Origin: Dehalococcoidia bacterium
GTDB lineage: Bacteria > Chloroflexota > Dehalococcoidia > Lucifugimonadales > GCA-2712585
Length of the DNA: 64,000 nucleotides
Assembly (NCBI GenBank): GCA_963665075.1
Contig: OY762063.1
Span: 502,844-566,843 of the forward strand
Direction of reading: 5' to 3'
The notes below the pieces were generated by a model. It worked only from the letters and a program-made list of their open reading frames with translations, had not been told where the DNA came from and made no database searches. Made by a program: the position numbers and the translations under genes. Position 1 is the first letter of the stretch; the number at the start of each line of letters is the position of its first letter. This document shows positions 46,542 to 54,386 of the stretch, piece after piece.

Positions 46542-47041
46542 CTCGTCATTCCCGCGCCGGCGGGAATCCACTCCCCTCTTATCCCTTCCCCCTCATACCC
46601 ATCTCGTCATTCCCGCGCCGGCGGGAATCCACTCCCCTCTTATCCCTTCCCCCTCATACCCATCTCGTCATTCCCGCGCCGGCGGGAATCCATCCCCTCT
46701 TATCCCTTCCCCCTCATACCCATCTCGTCATTCCCGCGCCGGCGGGAATCCATTCCCTCTTATCCCTTCCCCCTCATACCCACCTCGTCATTCCCGCGCC
46801 GGCGGGAATCCATCCCCTCTTATCCCTTCCCCCTCATACCCATCTCGTCATTCCCGCGCCGGCGGGAATCCATCCCCTCTTATCCCTTCCCCCTCATACC
46901 CGCCTCGTCATTCCCGCGCAGGCGGGAATCCATCCCCTCTTATCCCTTCCCCCTCATACCCGCCTCGTCATTCCCGCGCAGGCGGGAATCCATCCCCTCT
47001 TATCCCTTCCCCCTTGACGGGGGAAGGTTAGGATGGGGGTG
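46542..47041 (+). repeat. Tandem array of eight 60-61-bp units, each a complete family-A hairpin plus a constant 35-nt tail; ends in a family-C hairpin
   Basis: The unit is CTCGTCATTCCCGCGCCGGCGGGAATCCA(C/T)(T)CCCCTCTTATCCCTTCCCCCTCATACCCAT. Unit starts fall at 46542, 46603, 46664, 46724, 46784, 46844, 46904 and 46964. The last two units switch the hairpin loop from GCCG to GCAG. Confidence 0.92.
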
Positions 47042-47135
47042 ATCCCCGCGCCACACGACAATGGAACCAGCCTTCTGCAGGGGCAGGTTTGAAACCTGCC
47101 CCCGCACCCACAAACAAACCACCGGAGGACAAGAA

Positions 47136-48101
47136 ATGCCCGCAGAGCGCAAACCCGGATACGACATGCCCTACTACGACTGGTCGCCCCTGCCCGAGCG
47201 TCCGCCCCTCAAGTGGCCCAACAACGAACGGGTGGCCCTGTGCGTCATCCTCAGCATGGACCACTACCAGTGGAAACCCACCAACGACTTCACCAACGGC
47301 GGCATGCCCGGCTCCCAGCCCGACTGGGCCTACAAGGCCCCCGAAGCCCCCGGCGGCGTCAGCGGCGGCGGCCGCCCTTTCCCCGACGTCATCGGCTTCT
47401 CCATCCGGGAATACGGCCCCCGCGTCGGCATCTTCCGCGTCCTCAAAATCCTCGACAAGTACGGCATCACCCCCACCATCGCCCTCGACGCCCTCACCGC
47501 CGAGAACTACCCCTACGTCGTCCGCATCCTCAAGGAGCGCGGCTGCGAATTCATGGCCCACGGCGTCGCCGTCAACCAGATGCTCACCAGCAAGATGACC
47601 CCGGACCAGGAGCGCGACTACATCCGCCGCTCCCTCGACGCCGTGGAGAAGGCCACCGGCAGCAGGCCCCGCGGCTGGATGGGCGAGGAATTCGGCGAGT
47701 CCGCCGAGACCGCCGCCATCCTCGCCGACGAGGGACTCGATTACGTCTGCGACTGGCCCAACGACGACCAGCCCTACCCCATGAACACCCCCACCGGCGA
47801 CCTCTACTCCCTCCCCGTCAACCTCACCCTCGTCGACGTTCGCAGCCACTGGTACGGCCGCATCCACGTGGACGTTTACGCCAAGATGATTATGGACTCC
47901 TTCGACGTGGTATACCGCGAAGGCGCGCAAACGGGACGGATGCTGGTGTTGAACTTCCAACCCTGGCTCATGGGCACCGGCTTCCGCAGCAAATACCTCG
48001 ACCAGGCCCTCAGCCACATCGCCAAACACGGCGGCATCTGGAAAGCCTCCGCCGGCGAAATCGTCGACTACCACCGCTCCCTCGCGAAAACCACCACATA
48101 A
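47136..48101 (+). CDS. Polysaccharide deacetylase family protein (PuuE-like), divergent paralogue
   Basis: It begins MPAERKPGYDMPYYDWSPLPERPPLKWPNNERVALCVI and contains MAHG, CDWPNDDQP and NFQPWLMG. The start at 47136 follows the SD GGAGGA; the ORF track start 47061 lies in repeat sequence. Confidence 0.85.
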   Translation: MPAERKPGYDMPYYDWSPLPERPPLKWPNNERVALCVILSMDHYQWKPTNDFTNGGMPGSQPDWAYKAPEAPGGVSGGGRPFPDVIGFSIREYGPRVGIFRVLKILDKYGITPTIALDALTAENYPYVVRILKERGCEFMAHGVAVNQMLTSKMTPDQERDYIRRSLDAVEKATGSRPRGWMGEEFGESAETAAILADEGLDYVCDWPNDDQPYPMNTPTGDLYSLPVNLTLVDVRSHWYGRIHVDVYAKMIMDSFDVVYREGAQTGRMLVLNFQPWLMGTGFRSKYLDQALSHIAKHGGIWKASAGEIVDYHRSLAKTTT

Positions 48102-48339
48102 GAATGCTGGACCCCGCTCACCCTGAGCTTGTCGAAGGGTCGAGCGGAGTCCCCGCCTCCCATTTTTATTCCCGCGAAAGGAGACCCATGCATACCCGCC
48201 ATTCCCGCCACTCCCGCCGCCCCCTCTTTTTCCCGCGAAACCGGGAATCCATCCCCTCTTATCCCTTCCCCCTCGACGGGGGAAGGTTAGGATGGGGGTG
48301 AAATCCCCCTACCACCAACCTCCAACAAAGGAATCAACA

Positions 48340-49668
48340 ATGGAAGACTACCCCCCCGGCATAGCAGTACCCCCCCAGAGCTTCTACAAAGGCCTCGAAC
48401 GCCTCGAACCCGGCGGCTCCGTCCCCTTCGACCCCGACCGCATCAACGTCATCGAAGCTAAGTCCCTCATCGACGGCGCCGGCTCCCGCCCCATCGACCG
48501 GCCCGTAGTCATCACCAAGGGCCGCGAAATAACCGTCGTAGATCGCCAGAACCAGATAGCCCTCCCCGAAGGCCCCAACGTCCACCACTACAGCTTTCCC
48601 GACGGCTACCTCCTCCCCGGCCTCATCGACTCCCACACCCACCTCATGTTCGGCGTCGCGGGATCCAGCTACGAGGACGTTATCGACAACGACTCCGACG
48701 AAGTCATGCTCCTCCGCGCCGCCATGAACGCCATGATCCACCTCAAGGCCGGCGTCACCACCCTCCGCGAGAACGGCGCCCGCAACAAGGTCACCTTCAA
48801 TCTCCGCGAAGGCGCCCACCGCGGCTACGTCACCGCCCCGCGCCTCCTTCTCTGCGGTCGCCCCGTCACCGTCACCGGCGGCCACTTCTACTGGTGCAAC
48901 CAGCAGGCCGACGGCATCGAAGGCGTCCGCGCCGCCGTACGCGAGCTTGTCAAGGACGGCGCCGACCACATCAAAATCATGGCCTCCGGCGGCGGCACCG
49001 CCATCACCGACCTCCGCCGTCCCTCCTACACCGTCGAGGAGCTTCGCGCCATCGTCGACGAAGCCCACAACATGGGCAAGCCCACCACCGCCCACTGCCT
49101 CGCCACCGGCAGCATCGTCAACGCCCTCGACGCCGGCGTCGACATGATCGAACACGCCGGCTTCATCGAACCCGACGGCTCCTACAGGTTCGACCCCCGG
49201 GTGGCGGAGCGAATCGCCGAGCAGGGAACCTATGTAAGCCCCACCGTCCAGACCGGCTACCGCGGCATGGAAGCCCTCCTGAACAAGCAGGAACGGGAAG
49301 GCCTGACCCCCATAGAAGAAGAACGGCTGGAATGGACCAAGGCCAAGTGCGATAGCCAGATGGAATTCCTCGGCAAACTCTGGTCCGACTGGCAGATCCC
49401 CATAGTCTCAGGCACCGACGCCATCGCCGCCTTCGGCGACTACTGCATCGGCCTCGAAATCATGGCCGAGGCCGGCATGAGCAACATGGAAGTCATCCGC
49501 TCCTCCACCAGCCTCAACGCCCACGCCATCGGCGTCGGCGACTACGTCGGCTCCGTCCAGGTTGGCAAAGACGCCGACCTCATCGTCGTAGACAAAAACC
49601 CCCTCGAAGACATCAAAGCCCTCCGCACCATGAAAATGGTCATGCGCCTCGGCAAACGCATCCTCTAG
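48340..49668 (+). CDS. Amidohydrolase (metal-dependent hydrolase, imidazolonepropionase/Xaa-Pro-dipeptidase-like)
   Basis: It begins MEDYPPG and contains GLIDSHTHL (HxH), DHIKIMASGG, TAHC, IEHAG and GTDA. The start at 48340 is preferred; the ORF track start 48292 lies in repeat sequence. Confidence 0.85.
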   Translation: MEDYPPGIAVPPQSFYKGLERLEPGGSVPFDPDRINVIEAKSLIDGAGSRPIDRPVVITKGREITVVDRQNQIALPEGPNVHHYSFPDGYLLPGLIDSHTHLMFGVAGSSYEDVIDNDSDEVMLLRAAMNAMIHLKAGVTTLRENGARNKVTFNLREGAHRGYVTAPRLLLCGRPVTVTGGHFYWCNQQADGIEGVRAAVRELVKDGADHIKIMASGGGTAITDLRRPSYTVEELRAIVDEAHNMGKPTTAHCLATGSIVNALDAGVDMIEHAGFIEPDGSYRFDPRVAERIAEQGTYVSPTVQTGYRGMEALLNKQEREGLTPIEEERLEWTKAKCDSQMEFLGKLWSDWQIPIVSGTDAIAAFGDYCIGLEIMAEAGMSNMEVIRSSTSLNAHAIGVGDYVGSVQVGKDADLIVVDKNPLEDIKALRTMKMVMRLGKRIL

Positions 49669-49683
49669 GCCCATGAAACGCCA

Positions 49684-51726
49684 ATGTCCCTAACTTCCCA
49701 ACTAAGTAACTTCAATAGCGTTGTACGTCGGTTCATGCACACCCACTTTCCGAATGTCACAAAAATGGTCCGAGCCATCAACAAGGAACCTCACTACATA
49801 AGGCCAATTCTGCCCCCTGAAGGAGTTGAATTCCAAGACGGGGGATATGCTTTATCCAAGAATCCCCGAAGATATTGGGCTTACGTGCTGGGGGATATCG
49901 GTACAGCCTTGGACTACCGAATAAGATTCAACTTCCCCGAAATGAACATTAAGGAGACAATAGCGTATAGAGATTCATTGAGTAGAGAGAACCGCGTCAA
50001 ATCCAGGGCACACCGTAAATACAGATTTCGCTTCATAGGAACTGATTTCTTTAACGAAGTGGAAGAGTTCCTAGCCAGGACGCGTCCCGATCGGGGTTCA
50101 CTCATTCCAGAAGATGAGGATGTTCTTTGCCGATATTGCTACACAATGGGATTAATTGATTATGGATATCGAAATAGTTCTCCACATCAGAATATGGAAT
50201 GGTTCGATATTGACGTTAATGAACTCATAAGTAGACCTGCACAATGGATATCCGATGACATAGCAGCACAAAATACGCTATTCCGAAAATCCAAAAGAGA
50301 TTGGCTGAGTAAGCCTGCAACACTAAATCCGACTTTCACCGGAGGCGTAGACGTGGGTGGAGCGGATGCCGACCTGATAGTTGACGGATGTCTAATAGAT
50401 CTCAAATCCAGCCAGAAAAACCTTACGGGCAGACATCTTTACCAACTCATCGGATATTGTCTTCTTGATTACGAAGACGAACATGGAATTGATTCCCTTG
50501 CGATATATCGGACTAGGTATGGTGTAACCCACTGCTGGGCAGTTGAAGAAATGCTAGCCCTTTCTATGGACTTCCCTCAACCACTAAATGAGCTACGTGC
50601 CAAGTTTCGCAAAGTGTTTCAGGATGAGCTTCAATTATTGGAGGAATTCAAAACCACTCCTGATAAGTTCTCTTTCTTGGCTTCCAGCAATGGCCGCAAA
50701 TTCCTTGAACACGAATCTAGGGTTCGTTTACTTGCAAGTACTGAAAGTAATAAATTCTTGAAGAGTCCCGAAGGACGCCAATGGCTTATTTCGGATAACG
50801 GCAAGTTCTTCATGGCGACCATCCCGGGAAAGCGTTTCTTGTCTAGCGGCAATGGTAGGGATTTCCTCACCAGTCCATCTGGGCGTAAGTGGTTAAGCAC
50901 AGACGAAGGCAGATACTATCTGACAGGGAGAAAGGGGCGGGAATTCCTAAACAGCGGAAAAGGGCGCGTCTTCTTGGCTTCCGCCGCGGGTCGCGAATGG
51001 CTTTCAACAACAGCTGGCAGGAAATGGCTCGAATGTGACAAGGGTCGCTTATTTCTCACTCTTGCTGTTGGACGCAATTGGCTAACAACCAAATTTGGAC
51101 GAAAATGGTTAGTTACTCGCGCCGGCAAAATTTGGTTAACAAGTCCAGATGGTCAGGTATTTCTTATATCAAAGAATGGATGCAAATGGCTAGAAACCGC
51201 GGACGCAATAGATTGGCTTGCAAGCGCGGGCGCACGACGCTTCCTCACCAGTATCAACTGCCATAAATGGCTCGTCACTGAAGCTGGACAAAATTGGTTG
51301 GATACGCAAGGTGGGAGATCCTGGCTGGCTAGTTACAGGTCTTGGGCATTCTTGGGCAACAAACATGGAGAACAATGGCTGGAAACTATTGCCGGACGAG
51401 CTTGGATATATACTGACGATGCTAAGGATTGGTTATTTAGTGTTAGTGCCTGGGATTTTCTCATCACCCCCGCGGGTCGAGAGTGGCTAATCTCCGATGA
51501 AGGTAAAATCTTTTTGGCCGGGACAAAAGGCCACGAATTCTTGGAATACGGCAAGGGGCGTCTGTTCCTAACCCGCGCCGAAGGGCGCGAATGGCTGACA
51601 ACGGAAGATGGCCGGAAATGGTTGTCGAGCGACAAGTCACAGACATTCCTCAAACTTGCAGTCGGACGCGAATGGCTGGATACGGCTGCCGGAAAGGCAT
51701 GGCAGGCAAGCACACAGCAGGAATAA
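49684..51726 (+). CDS. Putative RecB/Cas4-like PD-(D/E)xK nuclease domain fused to a C-terminal tract of 38 nonapeptide repeats (novel architecture)
   Basis: 680 aa and AT-rich. The N-terminal region contains GGADADLIVDGCLIDLKSS (D...DxK) followed by HLYQLIGYCLL (QxxxY). From aa 329 onward there are 38 uninterrupted 9-residue units with consensus R-x-[WF]-L-x-[ST]-x-x-G. The start lies 15 bp after the preceding stop. Confidence 0.8.
   Translation: MSLTSQLSNFNSVVRRFMHTHFPNVTKMVRAINKEPHYIRPILPPEGVEFQDGGYALSKNPRRYWAYVLGDIGTALDYRIRFNFPEMNIKETIAYRDSLSRENRVKSRAHRKYRFRFIGTDFFNEVEEFLARTRPDRGSLIPEDEDVLCRYCYTMGLIDYGYRNSSPHQNMEWFDIDVNELISRPAQWISDDIAAQNTLFRKSKRDWLSKPATLNPTFTGGVDVGGADADLIVDGCLIDLKSSQKNLTGRHLYQLIGYCLLDYEDEHGIDSLAIYRTRYGVTHCWAVEEMLALSMDFPQPLNELRAKFRKVFQDELQLLEEFKTTPDKFSFLASSNGRKFLEHESRVRLLASTESNKFLKSPEGRQWLISDNGKFFMATIPGKRFLSSGNGRDFLTSPSGRKWLSTDEGRYYLTGRKGREFLNSGKGRVFLASAAGREWLSTTAGRKWLECDKGRLFLTLAVGRNWLTTKFGRKWLVTRAGKIWLTSPDGQVFLISKNGCKWLETADAIDWLASAGARRFLTSINCHKWLVTEAGQNWLDTQGGRSWLASYRSWAFLGNKHGEQWLETIAGRAWIYTDDAKDWLFSVSAWDFLITPAGREWLISDEGKIFLAGTKGHEFLEYGKGRLFLTRAEGREWLTTEDGRKWLSSDKSQTFLKLAVGREWLDTAAGKAWQASTQQE
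50668..51723 (+). repeat. Coding nonapeptide-repeat tract (38 full units plus one degenerate terminal unit) within CDS 49684-51726
   Basis: I parsed the translation into 9-mers (FSFLASSNG/RKFLEHESR/.../REWLDTAAG/KAWQASTQQE). An aromatic or Leu at position 3 and Leu/Met/Ile at position 4 occur in every full unit, and Gly at position 9 in most. There is no indel over about 350 aa. The DNA copies are diverged. Confidence 0.9.
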
Positions 51727-51801
51727 TCGAACTTCTCTAACCAAAACTCCCATGACTAACCGCCAAAACACTGATACAATTCCCTCAACATGGAGGCTGC
51801 C

Positions 51802-52071
51802 ATGATTGAATATGCCGCACTTTTAGACGGCGAAGAAGGCGCTTACGGCGTCGTATTCCCTGACATCCCCGGCGTCGGCGCAATGGGATACACCGTTGAC
51901 GATGCCCTTCTGAACGCGGAAGACTCCCTGCGCGACTACGCAATCGAAATGGAGAGGGATGGCACTAAGTTAGCTACCCCAAGCCCTTCTCATTCAATCG
52001 TAATTCCCGAAGGCAATCGACTGGTTTCAATATCCCTCCGATCGGCTAGCATCACAGTTCCGGGAGGCTAA
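51802..52071 (+). CDS. HicB-like (UPF0150) antitoxin-fold protein, with no adjacent HicA
   Basis: About 89 aa. It contains YGVVFPDIPGVGAMGYTVDDALLNAEDSLRDYAIEMERDG, typical of the HicB N-terminal domain. ATG 51802 follows GGAGG; the track start is 51790. Its 3' end contains the SD (GGGAGG) for the next gene, which starts 2 nt after the stop. Confidence 0.65.
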   Translation: MIEYAALLDGEEGAYGVVFPDIPGVGAMGYTVDDALLNAEDSLRDYAIEMERDGTKLATPSPSHSIVIPEGNRLVSISLRSASITVPGG

Positions 52072-52073
52072 AC

Positions 52074-52994
52074 GTGCTTGAACCCAACCGCTCCCCCTAC
52101 GCACCCATCATCGACCGCCCCGTCGTCCGCTGGCCCGGCAACGCCCGCGTCGCCCTCTGGGTCGCCCCCAACATCGAATTCAAAGACTTCATCCCCGAAC
52201 CCAACTACGGTCACGGCTTCTACCGCACCTCCTACGACCGCACCCCCATCCCCGACGTCATGACCTACGGCAGCCACGACTACGGCAACCGCGTCTGCTT
52301 CTGGCGCATGCTCGAAGTCTTCGACCACCACAACATAAAATGCACCGTCTCCCTCAACGAAGCCGTCCTGGACCTCTTCCCCGAAATCCGCGACGCCATG
52401 ATCAAGCGCGACTACGACTTCATGTCCCACGGCATCTTCAACAACCGCTACCTCAACCACCTATCCCTCGAAGAAGAGCGCGCCTTCTTCAAAGACTGCG
52501 TCGACTCCCTCTACAAATACACCGGCAAGCAACTCAAGGGAATGCTCACCCCCGGCGTCTCCCCCACCGCCAACACCCCCGACCTCATGGCCGAAGCCGG
52601 CCTCATCTACAACGCCGACTGGGGCCACGACGACCAGCCCTTCCCAATGAACGTCAAGTCCGGCCGCCTCGTCACCATGCCCTACAACCTCGACCTCAAC
52701 GACGGCACCTTCAACCGCTTCGGCTGCCCCCCCGACTACTGGGCCCAGTGCCTCAAAGACCAGTTCGACGTCATGTACGAAGAAGGCGCGCGCAACGCCA
52801 CCCAGATGTGCGTCTCCCTCCATCCCGCCCTCACCGGCCACCCCAGCCGCATCGACCACCTCAACGACGCCCTGGACTACATGCTCTCCCACGAAGGCGT
52901 CTGGCAAGCCACCGCCGACGAAATCGCCCAGCACTACATGGACAACTACTACGACCAAATGCTAACCCACCTAAACTCCCACCCCTACCACTAA
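52074..52994 (+). CDS. Polysaccharide deacetylase family protein (PuuE-like), paralogue B
   Basis: 306 aa with a GTG start. It is collinear with paralogue A from the first codon (MLEPNRSPYAPIIDRPVVRWPGNARVALWVAPN...). Confidence 0.85.
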   Translation: MLEPNRSPYAPIIDRPVVRWPGNARVALWVAPNIEFKDFIPEPNYGHGFYRTSYDRTPIPDVMTYGSHDYGNRVCFWRMLEVFDHHNIKCTVSLNEAVLDLFPEIRDAMIKRDYDFMSHGIFNNRYLNHLSLEEERAFFKDCVDSLYKYTGKQLKGMLTPGVSPTANTPDLMAEAGLIYNADWGHDDQPFPMNVKSGRLVTMPYNLDLNDGTFNRFGCPPDYWAQCLKDQFDVMYEEGARNATQMCVSLHPALTGHPSRIDHLNDALDYMLSHEGVWQATADEIAQHYMDNYYDQMLTHLNSHPYH

Positions 52995-53052
52995 CCCTGA
53001 GCCTGTAGAAAGGTGCCCCCACCAACGTCGCCTCTACAACGCCATCCTGCCT

Positions 53053-53097
53053 GAAAAAGAAATATCCCGCCTAACTGGACAATTCCTTCAGGCGGGA
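53053..53097 (-). terminator. Putative Rho-independent terminator downstream of tRNA-Gly
   Basis: On the minus strand it reads TCCCGCCT-(17 nt)-AGGCGGGA followed by TATTTCTTTTT. Confidence 0.45.
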
Positions 53098-53182
53098 CAT
53101 CTCCAAGGCCTAACTCGCTGGACGAGCTTGGTCACCTTGCCACGGTAAAATCAGCATATGTTATACCCATTTCTACTGTCAA

Positions 53183-53256
53183 TACCCTTGGGGAGACTCG
53201 AACTCCCGACCTTCACCGTGGCAAGATGATGCTCTACTCCACTGAGCTACAGGAGC
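53183..53256 (-). tRNA. tRNA-Gly (anticodon GCC)
   Basis: The reverse complement folds as GCTCCTG-TA-GCTC-AGTGGAGTA-GAGC-A-TCATC-TTGCCAC-GGTGA-AGGTC-GGGAG-TTCGAGT-CTCCC-CAAGGGT-A. The D, anticodon and T arms are good. The acceptor stem has one C.A mismatch and two G.U pairs. CCA is not encoded. Confidence 0.75.
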
Positions 53257-53353
53257 CAAGGAATTATACATCCCTTGGTTCCTCTTGTCTCTATGTTGGA
53301 GTTGCACTATTGATAGGGGCGGTTCGCGAACCGCCCTTCCCTCAACCCAACCC

Positions 53354-54247
53354 CTAAATCTCCGCAAAATAATTCTCGTCCAGCTTCTTGATGGCATAGG
53401 TCTGCTCAGTGATGACCCCCACGTCCCTGTCAATCATCAGCGCCGCCAATTCCTGCCCGTCTATCAGCAGAACCGTCTGGTTGCCCTGAGAAATCTTTTC
53501 AGCCGTCTCTTTCGCGGACGGAGTGAAATGCGACGTTGTGACGAAAACACCCTTTGCCGCTCCCCGCAACTGAAGACTACCGGAGAAGTTGCGAATCTCC
53601 ACAGAACCCACAGATTGCCGCCACCTCTTCGCCTGGACGTGAACCTTCTCCAGCCCCAACGCATCCTGGTTGATAATCACGTCAACCCCGTCGTCGCCGC
53701 TCCGCCCCACAACCTTGCCCTTGCCATAGCCAAGTCTTTCAAGCAACGTCAACGCCAAACGTTCAAAGCCGTCGGGAGACAGTTTAACCAAGCTGTCCAA
53801 TATCTCGCCCTCGAGATTCTCCCGAATGGCGCGATACCCATCCTCCATCTTCTTATCCGGATCTTCCTCAGATTCACTTTCGTCCGTAGATGGGGGAAGC
53901 GGCTGGACTACCCCGGTTCTCTTCTGCTTAATAAGTGCGTTCAAGATGCTAGGCCAGATTCGCCCACTGTTCGTTATAAGCAACTCCTTGCCTGCTGATG
54001 TTATTACGAATAAACCTCTTTTCGGACTATGCAGCAGCCCAGCTGTCTTCAGTTCATAGAGGGCGAAGCTAATCTTTGTCCCTAGCGTAGAAGCATTAGT
54101 GGATGTCCGTTCGTTTACGTCTTCATCAGTCAAACTTAGACGAGGAATTATCTCGTCTTTGAATTCTCGGTTAGTTACCGGCCCTGACTTGGACGCAGCA
54201 ATCTCCAATAGCGGTCGATTTAATTCACTTTGGCTTGGTACGACCAT
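53354..54247 (-). CDS. mrr: Mrr-type restriction endonuclease (Mrr_N winged-helix plus Mrr_cat PD-(D/E)xK domain)
   Basis: 297 aa. The catalytic region reads GRSGDDGVDVIINQD...KVHVQAKRW...GVFVTTSHFT, and the N-terminal region is a winged-helix-like Mrr_N. The gene is AT-richer. Confidence 0.85.
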   Translation of the reverse strand: MVVPSQSELNRPLLEIAASKSGPVTNREFKDEIIPRLSLTDEDVNERTSTNASTLGTKISFALYELKTAGLLHSPKRGLFVITSAGKELLITNSGRIWPSILNALIKQKRTGVVQPLPPSTDESESEEDPDKKMEDGYRAIRENLEGEILDSLVKLSPDGFERLALTLLERLGYGKGKVVGRSGDDGVDVIINQDALGLEKVHVQAKRWRQSVGSVEIRNFSGSLQLRGAAKGVFVTTSHFTPSAKETAEKISQGNQTVLLIDGQELAALMIDRDVGVITEQTYAIKKLDENYFAEI

Positions 54248-54386
54248 GTGTATCCACCTCTTACATTATTCCAACGCGAACCATCATAAACCCTTGCCTT
54301 CTTTGCCGCAAACGGAGCGGGTTTGTTGACTACCAACCAAATTCGCTTATATCATTAGGCAAACCCTGCACCAAGAGGAAGAAACA

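Noticed and set aside
46252-47031. ORFs 46252-47031 and 46502-47017, which translate the 60-bp array as SYPSRHSRAGGNPSPLIPSP and PHTHLVIPAPAGIH repeats
   Set aside because: They are translations of non-coding REP arrays. The first also overlaps, out of frame, the 3' end of a well-supported deacetylase gene. Similar pseudo-ORFs at 5393-5798, 8532-9488, 14533-14931, 17352-17809, 36039-36329 and 62349-62885 were rejected for the same reason.
46542-47041. CRISPR-like appearance: regularly spaced palindromic 25-nt repeats with a ~60-bp period
   Set aside because: The sequence between the palindromes is itself identical from unit to unit, so there are no unique spacers. The palindrome is the ubiquitous family-A REP hairpin found singly at more than 20 other intergenic sites. 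No cas genes or leader are present. It is a tandem REP array, not a CRISPR.
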